Positions 19,610-28,562 of a stretch of DNA of 64,000 nt are shown in pieces. Below the pieces are notes generated by a model. That model searched no databases and had not been told where the DNA came from. It was given only the letters and a program-made list of their open reading frames with translations. The stretch lies in assembly GCA_965223905.1 (NCBI GenBank), contig CBDCXV010000010.1, positions 1,984,001 to 2,048,000 on the forward strand, written 5' to 3'. The translations under genes were made by a program, and so were the position numbers. The stretch is from Candidatus Latescibacterota bacterium (lineage in GTDB: Bacteria; Latescibacterota; UBA2968; UBA8231). Each line of letters begins with the position of its first letter. The first letter of the stretch is position 1.

Positions 19610-20683
19610 TTACTCTCTCAAGCTCAGCTCTGCCATGTAGATCGAACAGGGCGCGGCACCCGAGCGGCTGCCCTCGTGGCTGGAATAGTACGAAAGCAGC
19701 CCTCTCGTGGGGCTGAGCTCGATGAACCCGGGATAGGAGTTGTCCCCGCCGCTGGGCAGTTCCGCGGCATCGACCAGACGCTCGCCATCCAACCAGTACA
19801 GGACCGTCCGGGGATCGTCCGGTGGGACGGCATCGGGCTCGGTGAAGAAGTTCAACGGATACCGGCCAGATACCGGCTCGAAGGGTTTGCGCCCCCCGAC
19901 CAGGTACCGGGCACCCCATTTGACCAACAGCGGGCCGCCGATAAAGCAATCCAGGTCGGTTCGGACCCACTCGGAATACGGCGGTTTGGAGCGGCAGAGT
20001 TGTGAGCTATCCATAGTGCACCGGGCAACCGCCAACACGCTACCGTCCGGCTCGAACAGAAAAGCTGTCTCGTTTCCGTGCGTCGTTTGAAACAGGGCGT
20101 GCGTCCGCCAAATGAGCCCGTCGTCGCTTGCCAGCATAGCGGATTCGTGGAAGGATCGATCGTCGGCCTGCAGCTCGACGAACCCGCGCTTTCGCCGGCC
20201 ACACAGGTACGCGGTCCCGCCGTGCGCCGCTGCTCGCCAGATGAAATGCCCGTAGGTTCCCTCCAGCGCGATCGGTTCGCTCCACGAGCGGCCGTCGGCG
20301 CTCACAGCCGCATACCCAAGCTGCTGGTTCATCTCGGGGTGCCTCCAATTACCCTCTGGCGCCAAATCTCCGCAGTACGCCAAATCTCCGCAGTACCAGG
20401 TGCCGGTGTAGACGAACAATTGGTCTTTGAAACTCAGGAAATGCGCATCGCGTACATCCCGATCAGGCACGCTGAACGCATGCACCTGCTCCCACTCCAC
20501 TCCATCGCCGCTGCAGAGGACGACGACGCGGGAGGTGGGGAACACCATGTGTCCGTCCGGACACGAGCGGAAGCACAGATACATCTTGCCGCCGAAACGG
20601 CACATGTCGGTAAATGCGTTGTGATTCCCGTCGTCGAAAATTTTGCGCACCGAATCGACGTGTATTTCTGGTAATTTGGTCAT
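19610..20683 (-). CDS. Sialidase/BNR-repeat-like hypothetical protein
   Basis: HNAFTD, Asp-box-like SGDGVEW, SADGRSW, SDDGLIW; LPSGGDNSYPG, SYYSSHEG. Confidence 0.65.
   Translation of the reverse strand: MTKLPEIHVDSVRKIFDDGNHNAFTDMCRFGGKMYLCFRSCPDGHMVFPTSRVVVLCSGDGVEWEQVHAFSVPDRDVRDAHFLSFKDQLFVYTGTWYCGDLAYCGDLAPEGNWRHPEMNQQLGYAAVSADGRSWSEPIALEGTYGHFIWRAAAHGGTAYLCGRRKRGFVELQADDRSFHESAMLASDDGLIWRTHALFQTTHGNETAFLFEPDGSVLAVARCTMDSSQLCRSKPPYSEWVRTDLDCFIGGPLLVKWGARYLVGGRKPFEPVSGRYPLNFFTEPDAVPPDDPRTVLYWLDGERLVDAAELPSGGDNSYPGFIELSPTRGLLSYYSSHEGSRSGAAPCSIYMAELSLRE
20360..20396. repeat. Perfect 18-bp tandem duplication inside a CDS (YCGDLA x2)
   Basis: cgccaaatctccgcagta repeated twice. Confidence 0.9.
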
Positions 20684-20979
20684 GCTCTGCCTTTCCGGTT
20701 GACCGGGATCTCCCATAGTGCCGCCGTCACCGCACGGCGTGCCGTTTCGCAGGCAGCGCCCGGGAATCGCAGTATGGATCTGACGGGCATTGAGAAAGAA
20801 AAGGAAGGTTCGATTGGTCTGGGCCGCAATTACCTGACTCGATCCCAACGCCAGATGTTGACGTAATCCTGTTCCGACGGACGATCCTCCGGCGGCACCA
20901 TAGTCAGCTGGTAGAGGTCTCCGGTTGAATCAGCGATGTAGAAATCGCCGGTTTCTGACCGGAGTCTCGCAGGCTCCGC

Positions 20980-22911
20980 CTACATGTTACTGAGAATCCG
21001 CCCCCGCTCGCCAATCAGCGAGAAGATAACCCCCCATACCCCGTTCACGGTGACCTCCCCGAGGATGAGGCCGAGAAAAAAGGGCTTGAGGTTCTGATAG
21101 AGTCGGGCGCCGCCGTAGTGCATGATGGTAAGCTTGATGCCCCAGGCCACGAGGGAGGTGAACCAGATGTAGCCGGTGAGCCAGCCGACGCTGAGGGCGA
21201 ATCCGAGGGGGTGGAAGGGCCACCAGGACCAGCGATACTGGGCCCACGAGAGAAATCCCGACCCGAGGCCGCCGATCGTCTTGAAGAGCCAGCCGCGCAT
21301 GTTCGCCTCAGGCGTCCCGACGATCTCTCTGGCGATGCGCGGCCATCCGTGAGCGCCGGTCCAGCTGATGCCTTCTAGATTGATGGCGCCATAGGCGTAG
21401 CATAAGTAGATGGTCATGAACGCGGCGCCGATGAAGCTGAGGGAAAGGGCGATCATCATGCCCCAGAAGAGACGCGTCTTCGAGCCCCTTATGGACTCGG
21501 CGAGCTTGATCCCATGAGCGCAGGCGACCATGGGTGAGGTCCGCGACTCTCCCTGCCACACGAAGGTGAAGTCGAGGGCCACCAGGCCTTTCGCGCCCAG
21601 TGCCGAGGTGCCGAACCCGGAAATGACGAAGTAAGCGGGCACGTGCGGGCTTCTCGCCGTAGCGACCCCCGCCGTGGTCACCGCGCGCGCCACCCAGATG
21701 AAGAAGATGAGGCTGACGATGACGAGAATCGGCACGAAAACGGCAGGCACCCCCGAGCGCCACAACCAGAAGGAGATGAACAGGAGGCTGGCGATGAAAC
21801 CGATGACGGCTGTGCGGTAGCGCAGTAGCTCCTCGCTGTCGTCGACGCCGGAGTCGGGATTCCAGACCTTGTGCAGCACATCCACCAAGTGTTGGCGGGC
21901 GCTCCAGAGGCCGAAGAGGATGAAAACGATGACGGCGCCGGTGGCCTGGTGGGTCAAGTCCGCAGACTGGTGGTCATCGTAGCCGCTCTGTAACTCCGTG
22001 CTCCTGATGCCGAAGAAAGTGAACAGACCGTCTTCGAACTTGCAGAACAGGTAGAAGAACCAGATGCTGAAACTGATCTCCAGATTGACGAGGTAGAAGA
22101 AACCGATCCAGGCGAAACTGAAGGCCATGGGCAGGTGGACCATGTTGCCCCACAACCTGATCGGCTGCAGCCAGAATGGGAACTCGGGCACGGAGGGATA
22201 GAACTCGTGCAGTCCCGTACTGCTGAAGTAAATGAAGGGGATCGCGAAGCCGATCCACATGATTTTGCTGCGGAAAAGGGGCGCGACAGCGCTCAGGACA
22301 CCCTCGCCCTTCTCGATCATGCTGTTCGGCAGCTGCATCATGGGATAGGTGAGGCGTTCGTGCACCGACCACTGGCGGTGCAGGATGGAACTGACGCAGC
22401 AGAGCATGAAGCCCATGGCAATGATGAGGGAGAACCAGTAGGCCAGTGGTTCGATCCACGCTGACCAGGCGATGGAGGCACCTCTTGGGAGGCCCTCGTA
22501 GAAGTGCATGATCGACTGCATGTCCTGCGGCACCATCCACGTGGGAATGTGATCGTGGAGGAGCTCGGCGTAGCGGTTCTCGGGGGTGGCGTAGTAGTAG
22601 GGATACACCATGGTGCCGAGGAGGAAGAACATGAGCCCCCAGGTCGGCGTGGTGACCGCCATCAGGAGCATGCAATAGACGAGGACGAGATCAGCCCGCG
22701 AGAGCGTGAAGTGACCCCGCACGAGGCTGCAGAGAACGTTGACGACGAGGAGAAGGACGAGGAAAAGGAAGATGGCGCCCGGCGACGAGGGGTTGAACCC
22801 GATGTGGAAATACGTGAAGGCGAGCCCATATGGAGCCACCAGCCCGACGGCGAGGCTCATGGCCGCTCCGATGAGGAGTCCCTTCAAGGAAAAAGGTGAA
22901 GGGGGGTTCAT
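20980..22911 (-). CDS. Polytopic membrane protein, DUF6785/DUF6784 (OPT-like putative transporter)
   Basis: Many hydrophobic helices; RQWSVHERLTYPM, SFSIWFFYL, WWPFHPLGF, PFFLGLILGE motifs. Confidence 0.75.
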   Translation of the reverse strand: MNPPSPFSLKGLLIGAAMSLAVGLVAPYGLAFTYFHIGFNPSSPGAIFLFLVLLLVVNVLCSLVRGHFTLSRADLVLVYCMLLMAVTTPTWGLMFFLLGTMVYPYYYATPENRYAELLHDHIPTWMVPQDMQSIMHFYEGLPRGASIAWSAWIEPLAYWFSLIIAMGFMLCCVSSILHRQWSVHERLTYPMMQLPNSMIEKGEGVLSAVAPLFRSKIMWIGFAIPFIYFSSTGLHEFYPSVPEFPFWLQPIRLWGNMVHLPMAFSFAWIGFFYLVNLEISFSIWFFYLFCKFEDGLFTFFGIRSTELQSGYDDHQSADLTHQATGAVIVFILFGLWSARQHLVDVLHKVWNPDSGVDDSEELLRYRTAVIGFIASLLFISFWLWRSGVPAVFVPILVIVSLIFFIWVARAVTTAGVATARSPHVPAYFVISGFGTSALGAKGLVALDFTFVWQGESRTSPMVACAHGIKLAESIRGSKTRLFWGMMIALSLSFIGAAFMTIYLCYAYGAINLEGISWTGAHGWPRIAREIVGTPEANMRGWLFKTIGGLGSGFLSWAQYRWSWWPFHPLGFALSVGWLTGYIWFTSLVAWGIKLTIMHYGGARLYQNLKPFFLGLILGEVTVNGVWGVIFSLIGERGRILSNM

Positions 22912-22932
22912 GAAACGCTCATGGGATTACCT

Positions 22933-23770
22933 TCACGCGGCGGCCTCTTGCAGCAGCGCCATCAAGTTGCCTCCCGCGATGCGGTCGCGGTCGTCGTCGC
23001 GCAGGAAGGGCATCTTCCACAACAGCTCCAGGGTCTGCGGGTAGGTTTGAAAGTTGAGGCAGGGGGCGTAGTCCGACGCGAACAGCAGGCGCTCGACGCC
23101 AAGCGCCTCGATCAGCGCTTCGACGTATGGCCATGCCAGCTCGTGAGGGTAGTCGTGACCGGGTTCGGTCAAGGCGTAGAAGCCGCTCAGCTTCACGCGT
23201 GCCTGAGGATAACGGGCGAGCGCGAGCACGTGGCTCAGCCTGTTGCGAGCCTCGGCCCCGTCGAATCGGCTCGGTGACGCGATCGGGCAGCCCAAGATGG
23301 GACATGATCAGCCGCAGCTGCTCGTGGCGCTCGAGGACCTCCTGCCACACCGGCCAGGCCTCTATTTTCGCGTTGACACTGAGCACCCAGCGGTTGTCGG
23401 TCAGCCATTCCTAGATGGAGTCCGGGCAGGCGCGCACCGCGTCATCACTCCTCGGGTACATCACCAGACCCACTACTCCCTGGTCGCGCCACGTTTCCAG
23501 CGTATCGGGGTTTGGAGGATTGTCGGGCTTTATGTAGATGGCGGGACGGACCCAGTCGTACTTCGATTGCAGACCAATGACGTATTCGTTGTTGCCGTCG
23601 TTGCCCTCGCAGTCTGTGTAGCAGACGATGAGGGCTGCGGCCACGTCGTTATCCCTGGCCAGAGAGTCGAAGCAGGCAGCTTCGTCTATGTGCACACCCG
23701 GCCGGGCGCTGAACGTCCCTCCCAGGGGGTGCTCGAAAAGGTGGATGTGAGCATCGGCTCGTTGCGCCAT
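22933..23770 (-). pseudogene. Amidohydrolase-family protein with in-frame TAG (23411-23413) and a frameshift (~23270)
   Basis: DAHIH, SHLG, VKLSGFY, RLLFASDY motifs spread over ORFs 23411-23770, 22919-23386 and 22933-23295. Confidence 0.75.
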
Positions 23771-23905
23771 GAGTGGTCTCCGTCTGGCGAATTGATCGTT
23801 GGAGGCGGCTCGGTACTAAGCGGCGGTGGAAACGCCCGTTGAAGCACGGTAATATAGAACGCAGCCGAGGCGGCCACATCCCGCAACACCCTCAAGGAGC
23901 GGAGC

Positions 23906-24241
23906 ATGTACTCGACCGGACAGACGTACCAGCTCAAGCCGGGGTTCTACGATCAGTACAAGAAAGCCCACGACGAGCTGTGGCCTGAGCTGGCGCAGGC
24001 GATGACGGCCGAGGAGGTGAACATGGTGATCTTCCGCTACGGCGATCGCCTGTTCCTCTACGCCACGGCTCCTTGCAAGGAGCATCTCGAGCGCAGTCAC
24101 GCCGGTCAGAGAGCGCAGGAGTGGCTGGAGTACATGACGACGATGATGATCACCGGTGACGATGGCAAGACGATCGTCGAAGAGATGGACATGGCATTCT
24201 CGTTCGGCGCTTTCAAGGCAGACGATTGGAGGGACACGTGA
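23906..24241 (+). CDS. L-rhamnose mutarotase-family protein
   Basis: LKPG...YKKAHDELWPEL...IF...LFLY...QEW pattern of the RhaM/YiiL family. Confidence 0.75.
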   Translation: MYSTGQTYQLKPGFYDQYKKAHDELWPELAQAMTAEEVNMVIFRYGDRLFLYATAPCKEHLERSHAGQRAQEWLEYMTTMMITGDDGKTIVEEMDMAFSFGAFKADDWRDT

Positions 24242-25305
24242 TCAGATTTTGCATCGCTCTGACGGTCGCGCTGCTCAGCCTGGCACCTTGCCGGGCCCTG
24301 CAGCGCACTGACACGGAATTCAAGATCTTCCAGTTTCCCGCCAACATGATTCCACGCATCGACGGTCAGACCGGGGACTGGGCGATGGTACCCGAAAGCT
24401 ACGCCTACGGCACCGAGCAGCTTTCCGACACGGTGATGGGCAATCTCACTAACTACGACCGCGACGACCTGGACGTGAACGTGCGCGTCGGGTGGGTAAA
24501 GGGTCTGAACCGGCTCTACTTCCTCTACGAGGCGTACGACGACTACTGGAATATGTACTACAAACGCGGGGATCTCTTCGAAGTCGGGATCGACGGCGAT
24601 CTCTCGGGGGGTCCCTACATATACAACCCCCAGCTCGAAGGTGAGTGGGAAAGCCACTTTGCCTTCAAGGGCGTGCACGCGCAGAACTACCACATCTTCA
24701 CTCCGCCTGGAGAGGGCCGAGACTGGGTCTTCGTCTGGGGCTGCCAACCGTGGATCGGCAACCTGCCGTACGCCAACCACGCCTACTCCTACGATTTCAA
24801 AGAAGGCGAGAGCGGCCGGCTGGTGCTCGAGTTCTGGATCACGCCTTTTGACTACGCCCCCTACGACGGACCCGAGCGCGCGGTGGTGTCGCGGCTCGTG
24901 GAGAACGCCCGCATCGGCCTGTCGTGGTCCGTGCTCGACTACGACGAGGATCACAAGACGTACGAGGGATTCTGGAACTTGTCACACGAGACGCGTATGG
25001 ATTCAAACGCGTCGAATTTTTGCGCCTTCCGACTGATGCCGTTGGAGAGCCGCTTTCGCAAGGCGCTCGAAGCGCAGTGGGAATTCCAGGTCGTGGACAT
25101 GGAGCGCAGATTGGTGGCCTTCAAAGACCGCTCCCACGGCGACATCACCTCCTGGTCGTGGGATTTCGACGACGGCACGACTTCGAGTGAACAACATCCT
25201 GTCCACCAGTACGAAGAAGCCGGGGAATACGACGTCGTACTCACCGTCCAGGGTCCGCAGGGCAGCGCGCGGCGCGTCAAAGTGAACCAGGTGGTCGTTC
25301 GATGA
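24238..25305 (+). CDS. Secreted protein with CBM9-like domain and C-terminal PKD domain
   Basis: Signal peptide; PRIDGQTGDW; C-terminal FKDRSHGDITSWSWDFDDGTTSSEQHPVHQYEEAGEYDVVLTV. Confidence 0.8.
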   Translation: MIRFCIALTVALLSLAPCRALQRTDTEFKIFQFPANMIPRIDGQTGDWAMVPESYAYGTEQLSDTVMGNLTNYDRDDLDVNVRVGWVKGLNRLYFLYEAYDDYWNMYYKRGDLFEVGIDGDLSGGPYIYNPQLEGEWESHFAFKGVHAQNYHIFTPPGEGRDWVFVWGCQPWIGNLPYANHAYSYDFKEGESGRLVLEFWITPFDYAPYDGPERAVVSRLVENARIGLSWSVLDYDEDHKTYEGFWNLSHETRMDSNASNFCAFRLMPLESRFRKALEAQWEFQVVDMERRLVAFKDRSHGDITSWSWDFDDGTTSSEQHPVHQYEEAGEYDVVLTVQGPQGSARRVKVNQVVVR

Positions 25306-26705
25306 GAGACTGTGTCCCGTGCGTGGAGGAACCCGTTTTGCAGGAAGGCGAGACCCGACTCTTCGTCGACGACCGCAACATCGCCCGCAGGAAGGGCGTC
25401 GTCCGCAGGACCCACCCCTGCCGCAAACTGCCCGAACCGGTGCTGACCGCCGAGGAGCCCTGGGAAGTCTTCGGGGACGACCGCCGGGTCTACGTCTACG
25501 GCACCGTCCTCCGGGAACCGGCGGACGGCACGCTCCGCATGTGGTACATGCGCTACCCCGACCGCATCCTTCACGCCATCTCCGACGACGGCATCCGCTG
25601 GAGCCGCCCCGACCTGGGCCTCGTCCCGCTCCCCGATTCGCCGGCCACCAACATCCTCCCCATCTCCCTCCACAGTCCGAGCCTCGTCCACGACAGCTCC
25701 GGGAGCTACCAGATGCTCGGTAGCGGCACCGTCGACGGACAGGGTGGCTACTATGCCGCCCGATCTCCCGACGGCCTGACATGGCAGCTCTACGACCGCA
25801 ACCCCGTCCTGACCGGCGGCGACACCTGCACCCTCGCCCACGACCCGCACTCGGGGGAGTACCTCGCCTTCCACAAGCGGAAACAGGAGCATCGGGGACA
25901 CCGGCGCCGCGTCGTCTACCTGTCCGTGAGCCGCGACATGCAGCGCTGGAGCGACCCCGAGCTCATCATGGCTCCCGATGAAACCGACGACCGCCTGACC
26001 CGCTCCGAGGGTGGCATCTGCTCGGAGTTCTACAACATGTCCGCCTTTCTCCGCGGCGACCAATGGCTGGGTCTGGTGACCCATTTCCGCTACGCCGGCC
26101 CCCCGGCGAAAAAAGGACCGGAACAGAGTAGCTACGACGGTCATATCGACGTTCAGCTCGTCCATAGCCCCGGCGGCCGCACCTGGCATCGCTGCGACGA
26201 CCGCTCACCGGTGATCCCCAACGGCCCGTACCCCTACGACGCCGGCTGCGTCCTGGGTGTCGCCAATGGCCCGGTCTTCGCCGGCGACGAGATGTGGCTC
26301 TACTACACCGGCATCACCACCACGCACGGCGGCCCACTGCCCGATAAACAGATCTCCATCGCCCGCGCCGCCTGGCGCCTGGACGGCCTCGTCTCTCTGA
26401 GGGCCGGCTCCGGTGGAGCAACTGTGGAGACCATCCCCTTTCACCCTTCGGGCGACGGGCTCTTCGTCAACGTCGACGCCGGCCAGGGGGAGCTGAGAGT
26501 CGAAGTGCTCGACGCCACCGGCGCCGCCGTCCCCGGCTGCACCGCCGACGAGTGCGAGCCAATTTGCGAAGACGCCGTTCGCCTACAACCGAGGTGGAGA
26601 GATCGCGCCAACCTACCCGCCGACCGGCCGCTGCGGCTCCGCTTCCACCTGCAAAACGCCCATCTCTTCAGCTACGCCACCGCTCCTAGTCCCAAGGAAA
26701 GTTGA
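25302..26705 (+). CDS. Putative beta-propeller glycosidase-like protein
   Basis: RLFVDD, SDDGIRW, SPDGLTW, MWLYYTG, WRLDGLVSL; distant relative of the 15582 and 47823 genes. Confidence 0.65.
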   Translation: MRDCVPCVEEPVLQEGETRLFVDDRNIARRKGVVRRTHPCRKLPEPVLTAEEPWEVFGDDRRVYVYGTVLREPADGTLRMWYMRYPDRILHAISDDGIRWSRPDLGLVPLPDSPATNILPISLHSPSLVHDSSGSYQMLGSGTVDGQGGYYAARSPDGLTWQLYDRNPVLTGGDTCTLAHDPHSGEYLAFHKRKQEHRGHRRRVVYLSVSRDMQRWSDPELIMAPDETDDRLTRSEGGICSEFYNMSAFLRGDQWLGLVTHFRYAGPPAKKGPEQSSYDGHIDVQLVHSPGGRTWHRCDDRSPVIPNGPYPYDAGCVLGVANGPVFAGDEMWLYYTGITTTHGGPLPDKQISIARAAWRLDGLVSLRAGSGGATVETIPFHPSGDGLFVNVDAGQGELRVEVLDATGAAVPGCTADECEPICEDAVRLQPRWRDRANLPADRPLRLRFHLQNAHLFSYATAPSPKES

Positions 26706-28431
26706 ATGCCGGTTCGTTCGCGTACCGCTTCATGTCGATCCTGACCTCCTGGCCGGATCCCGGCGCCAGACGAACCGCGAAGTGAGGTCCGTCGATTTGG
26801 AGCGTTGTGCCGCCGACGTCAGCCGAGGAGAGTTGGTGTTCGCCGTATGCCCCGCCCTGTACGACGACGTCGCGTTCGAAGACCGGGCTGAGGTTGACGA
26901 GCGTCACTGCGACCGAGTCCGCCGTCATTTCGGTAACCAGCGCAGCCACGTCTTGCGGCACGCCCGCTCTGCGCTTTTCCGGGTCGAAGTAGCGCAATCG
27001 GCAGTGCAGGGGATACCCGACGCGTCCCGTGGGAATTCCCCCGAGCATCAGCTGGATCAGGGCATCCGTCGTAGCGGGGTTTATCTCGTTCATGTCGTCT
27101 GACATGCGCGTGTCCGGCGTGGACATGTCCTCACTCATTCGCCTCACTTTGTCCCCAAGCCTCGCGACGTCTCGTTCGAGGGCCGACACGGGGTAGCCGG
27201 GATTGTCGCCCCCCAGATACGCGAGCCAGGGGCTGTCCGGGACCCTCTCGCGGTCCTCAGGATCCATCGTCCAGCAGTAGATTTCCAGTGCACCGGGGAG
27301 GAATCTGTCGGGCTGGTAGTTGTACCAACCGTCGTTGCCATACGAGTGCGGGTACATCGTGCGACCGTCGATCTTTTTGTTGTTTTCGTTGACCAGGTCG
27401 ATCATCCTGCGCCAGAGATCGATGTAGCGCCGGTCCCCGGTCATGAGCAGGGCGTTCGCGAAGGCGTAGCAGCACCTGTTCACAAAGGCTGAGCGATGGG
27501 CGATCTCTCCGGTGACCGGATTCGTGACTGAGAACCCCCATCCGTAGACGCCGCCGTACCACTTGCCGTCGCACTCTCCGCCGATCGTGCCGTCCAGCCC
27601 GACATTGCTCGGGATGATTCCTCCGTTGGCCTCCGTGCGTTCGACCCACGCATCGATATACTCGAGCATCCACTCTTTGTACTTCGGCTCCCGCGTCAGC
27701 ATGTACGCATTGAGCGCCAGGGTCGTCGATGCCAGATTCAAGGGGTGGTCGCCGACGATGTCGTTGTATTCCTCGAAGTGCTGGAGCATCTGCTCGAAGG
27801 TATTCTCGCCGTGGCCCGGTTTGAAACGGCCTTCGATCTCGATCGGGTCGCCCGCCCAGTCCAGCGCCGTCGCCTTTCGGAGCAGCGGGCCCCGGCTACC
27901 GTTGAACATGCTGCGGATGATTCTGTTCTCGGGGTCATAATTCTGCGCGTGGGGGTCTTCATCCATGTAGAAGGCTGCATAGCGTCGCGTCCTCTGCTCG
28001 TAGGTCCGGTCGTGGGGATCGGAGAGGCCCTGAAGAAAGAAGGCGGACAACCATTCCCCGTGGTGGAACCAGTCGAACATCACGGGGAATTCCTTGTAGT
28101 ACATGCCGTCCCTCCCCATTGGCACTTCTACCGTCTTCGCCTCGGTGTATTGAACGAGGTGTCCTTCCCAGCCTTTCTTGTAGAGGTCCAGAACGATGTC
28201 TGGCGCACCGAGCGCATGAAGGACAGTCCAGTTCAGGAGGTTCTCGGCCGCGTCGTCCGGACCGTCGTTGCCTCCCCACCGAGGGACGCACAAGAGGTAT
28301 CCACGGTCATCGAAGTACTTGTCGTAAAAAGCCTCGATGGCGACGGACTGAGAGCGAATGAGCTCCCGCTGAAGGAGAGCCCAGTGAGGCGGGGACATGA
28401 GGGATGTTACGGTGAGGGTCTCATTTTTCAC
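26686..28431 (-). CDS. Conserved hypothetical protein
   Basis: 581-aa ORF with genome-typical codon use; RWGGNDGPDDAAEN, DWFHHGE, GIIPSNVGLDG motifs. Confidence 0.7.
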   Translation of the reverse strand: MKNETLTVTSLMSPPHWALLQRELIRSQSVAIEAFYDKYFDDRGYLLCVPRWGGNDGPDDAAENLLNWTVLHALGAPDIVLDLYKKGWEGHLVQYTEAKTVEVPMGRDGMYYKEFPVMFDWFHHGEWLSAFFLQGLSDPHDRTYEQRTRRYAAFYMDEDPHAQNYDPENRIIRSMFNGSRGPLLRKATALDWAGDPIEIEGRFKPGHGENTFEQMLQHFEEYNDIVGDHPLNLASTTLALNAYMLTREPKYKEWMLEYIDAWVERTEANGGIIPSNVGLDGTIGGECDGKWYGGVYGWGFSVTNPVTGEIAHRSAFVNRCCYAFANALLMTGDRRYIDLWRRMIDLVNENNKKIDGRTMYPHSYGNDGWYNYQPDRFLPGALEIYCWTMDPEDRERVPDSPWLAYLGGDNPGYPVSALERDVARLGDKVRRMSEDMSTPDTRMSDDMNEINPATTDALIQLMLGGIPTGRVGYPLHCRLRYFDPEKRRAGVPQDVAALVTEMTADSVAVTLVNLSPVFERDVVVQGGAYGEHQLSSADVGGTTLQIDGPHFAVRLAPGSGQEVRIDMKRYANEPAFNFPWD

Positions 28432-28562
28432 GGCTGCTCTTCTCCCTTGTTGCGCTGGTTTGATCTGCGAGGCATCCAGTCGAAATTCGCCTCCTGGTCG
28501 AGCTACCCGGCAGAGTTTAGATTGGGAAACTAAGAAATATCATCAAATAGCGAGGACAAGCG

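Noticed and set aside
18539-20005. Long antisense ORFs (also 3481-4959, 24951-26189, 28629-30179)
   Set aside because: Shadow frames of GC-rich genes with no recognisable motifs.
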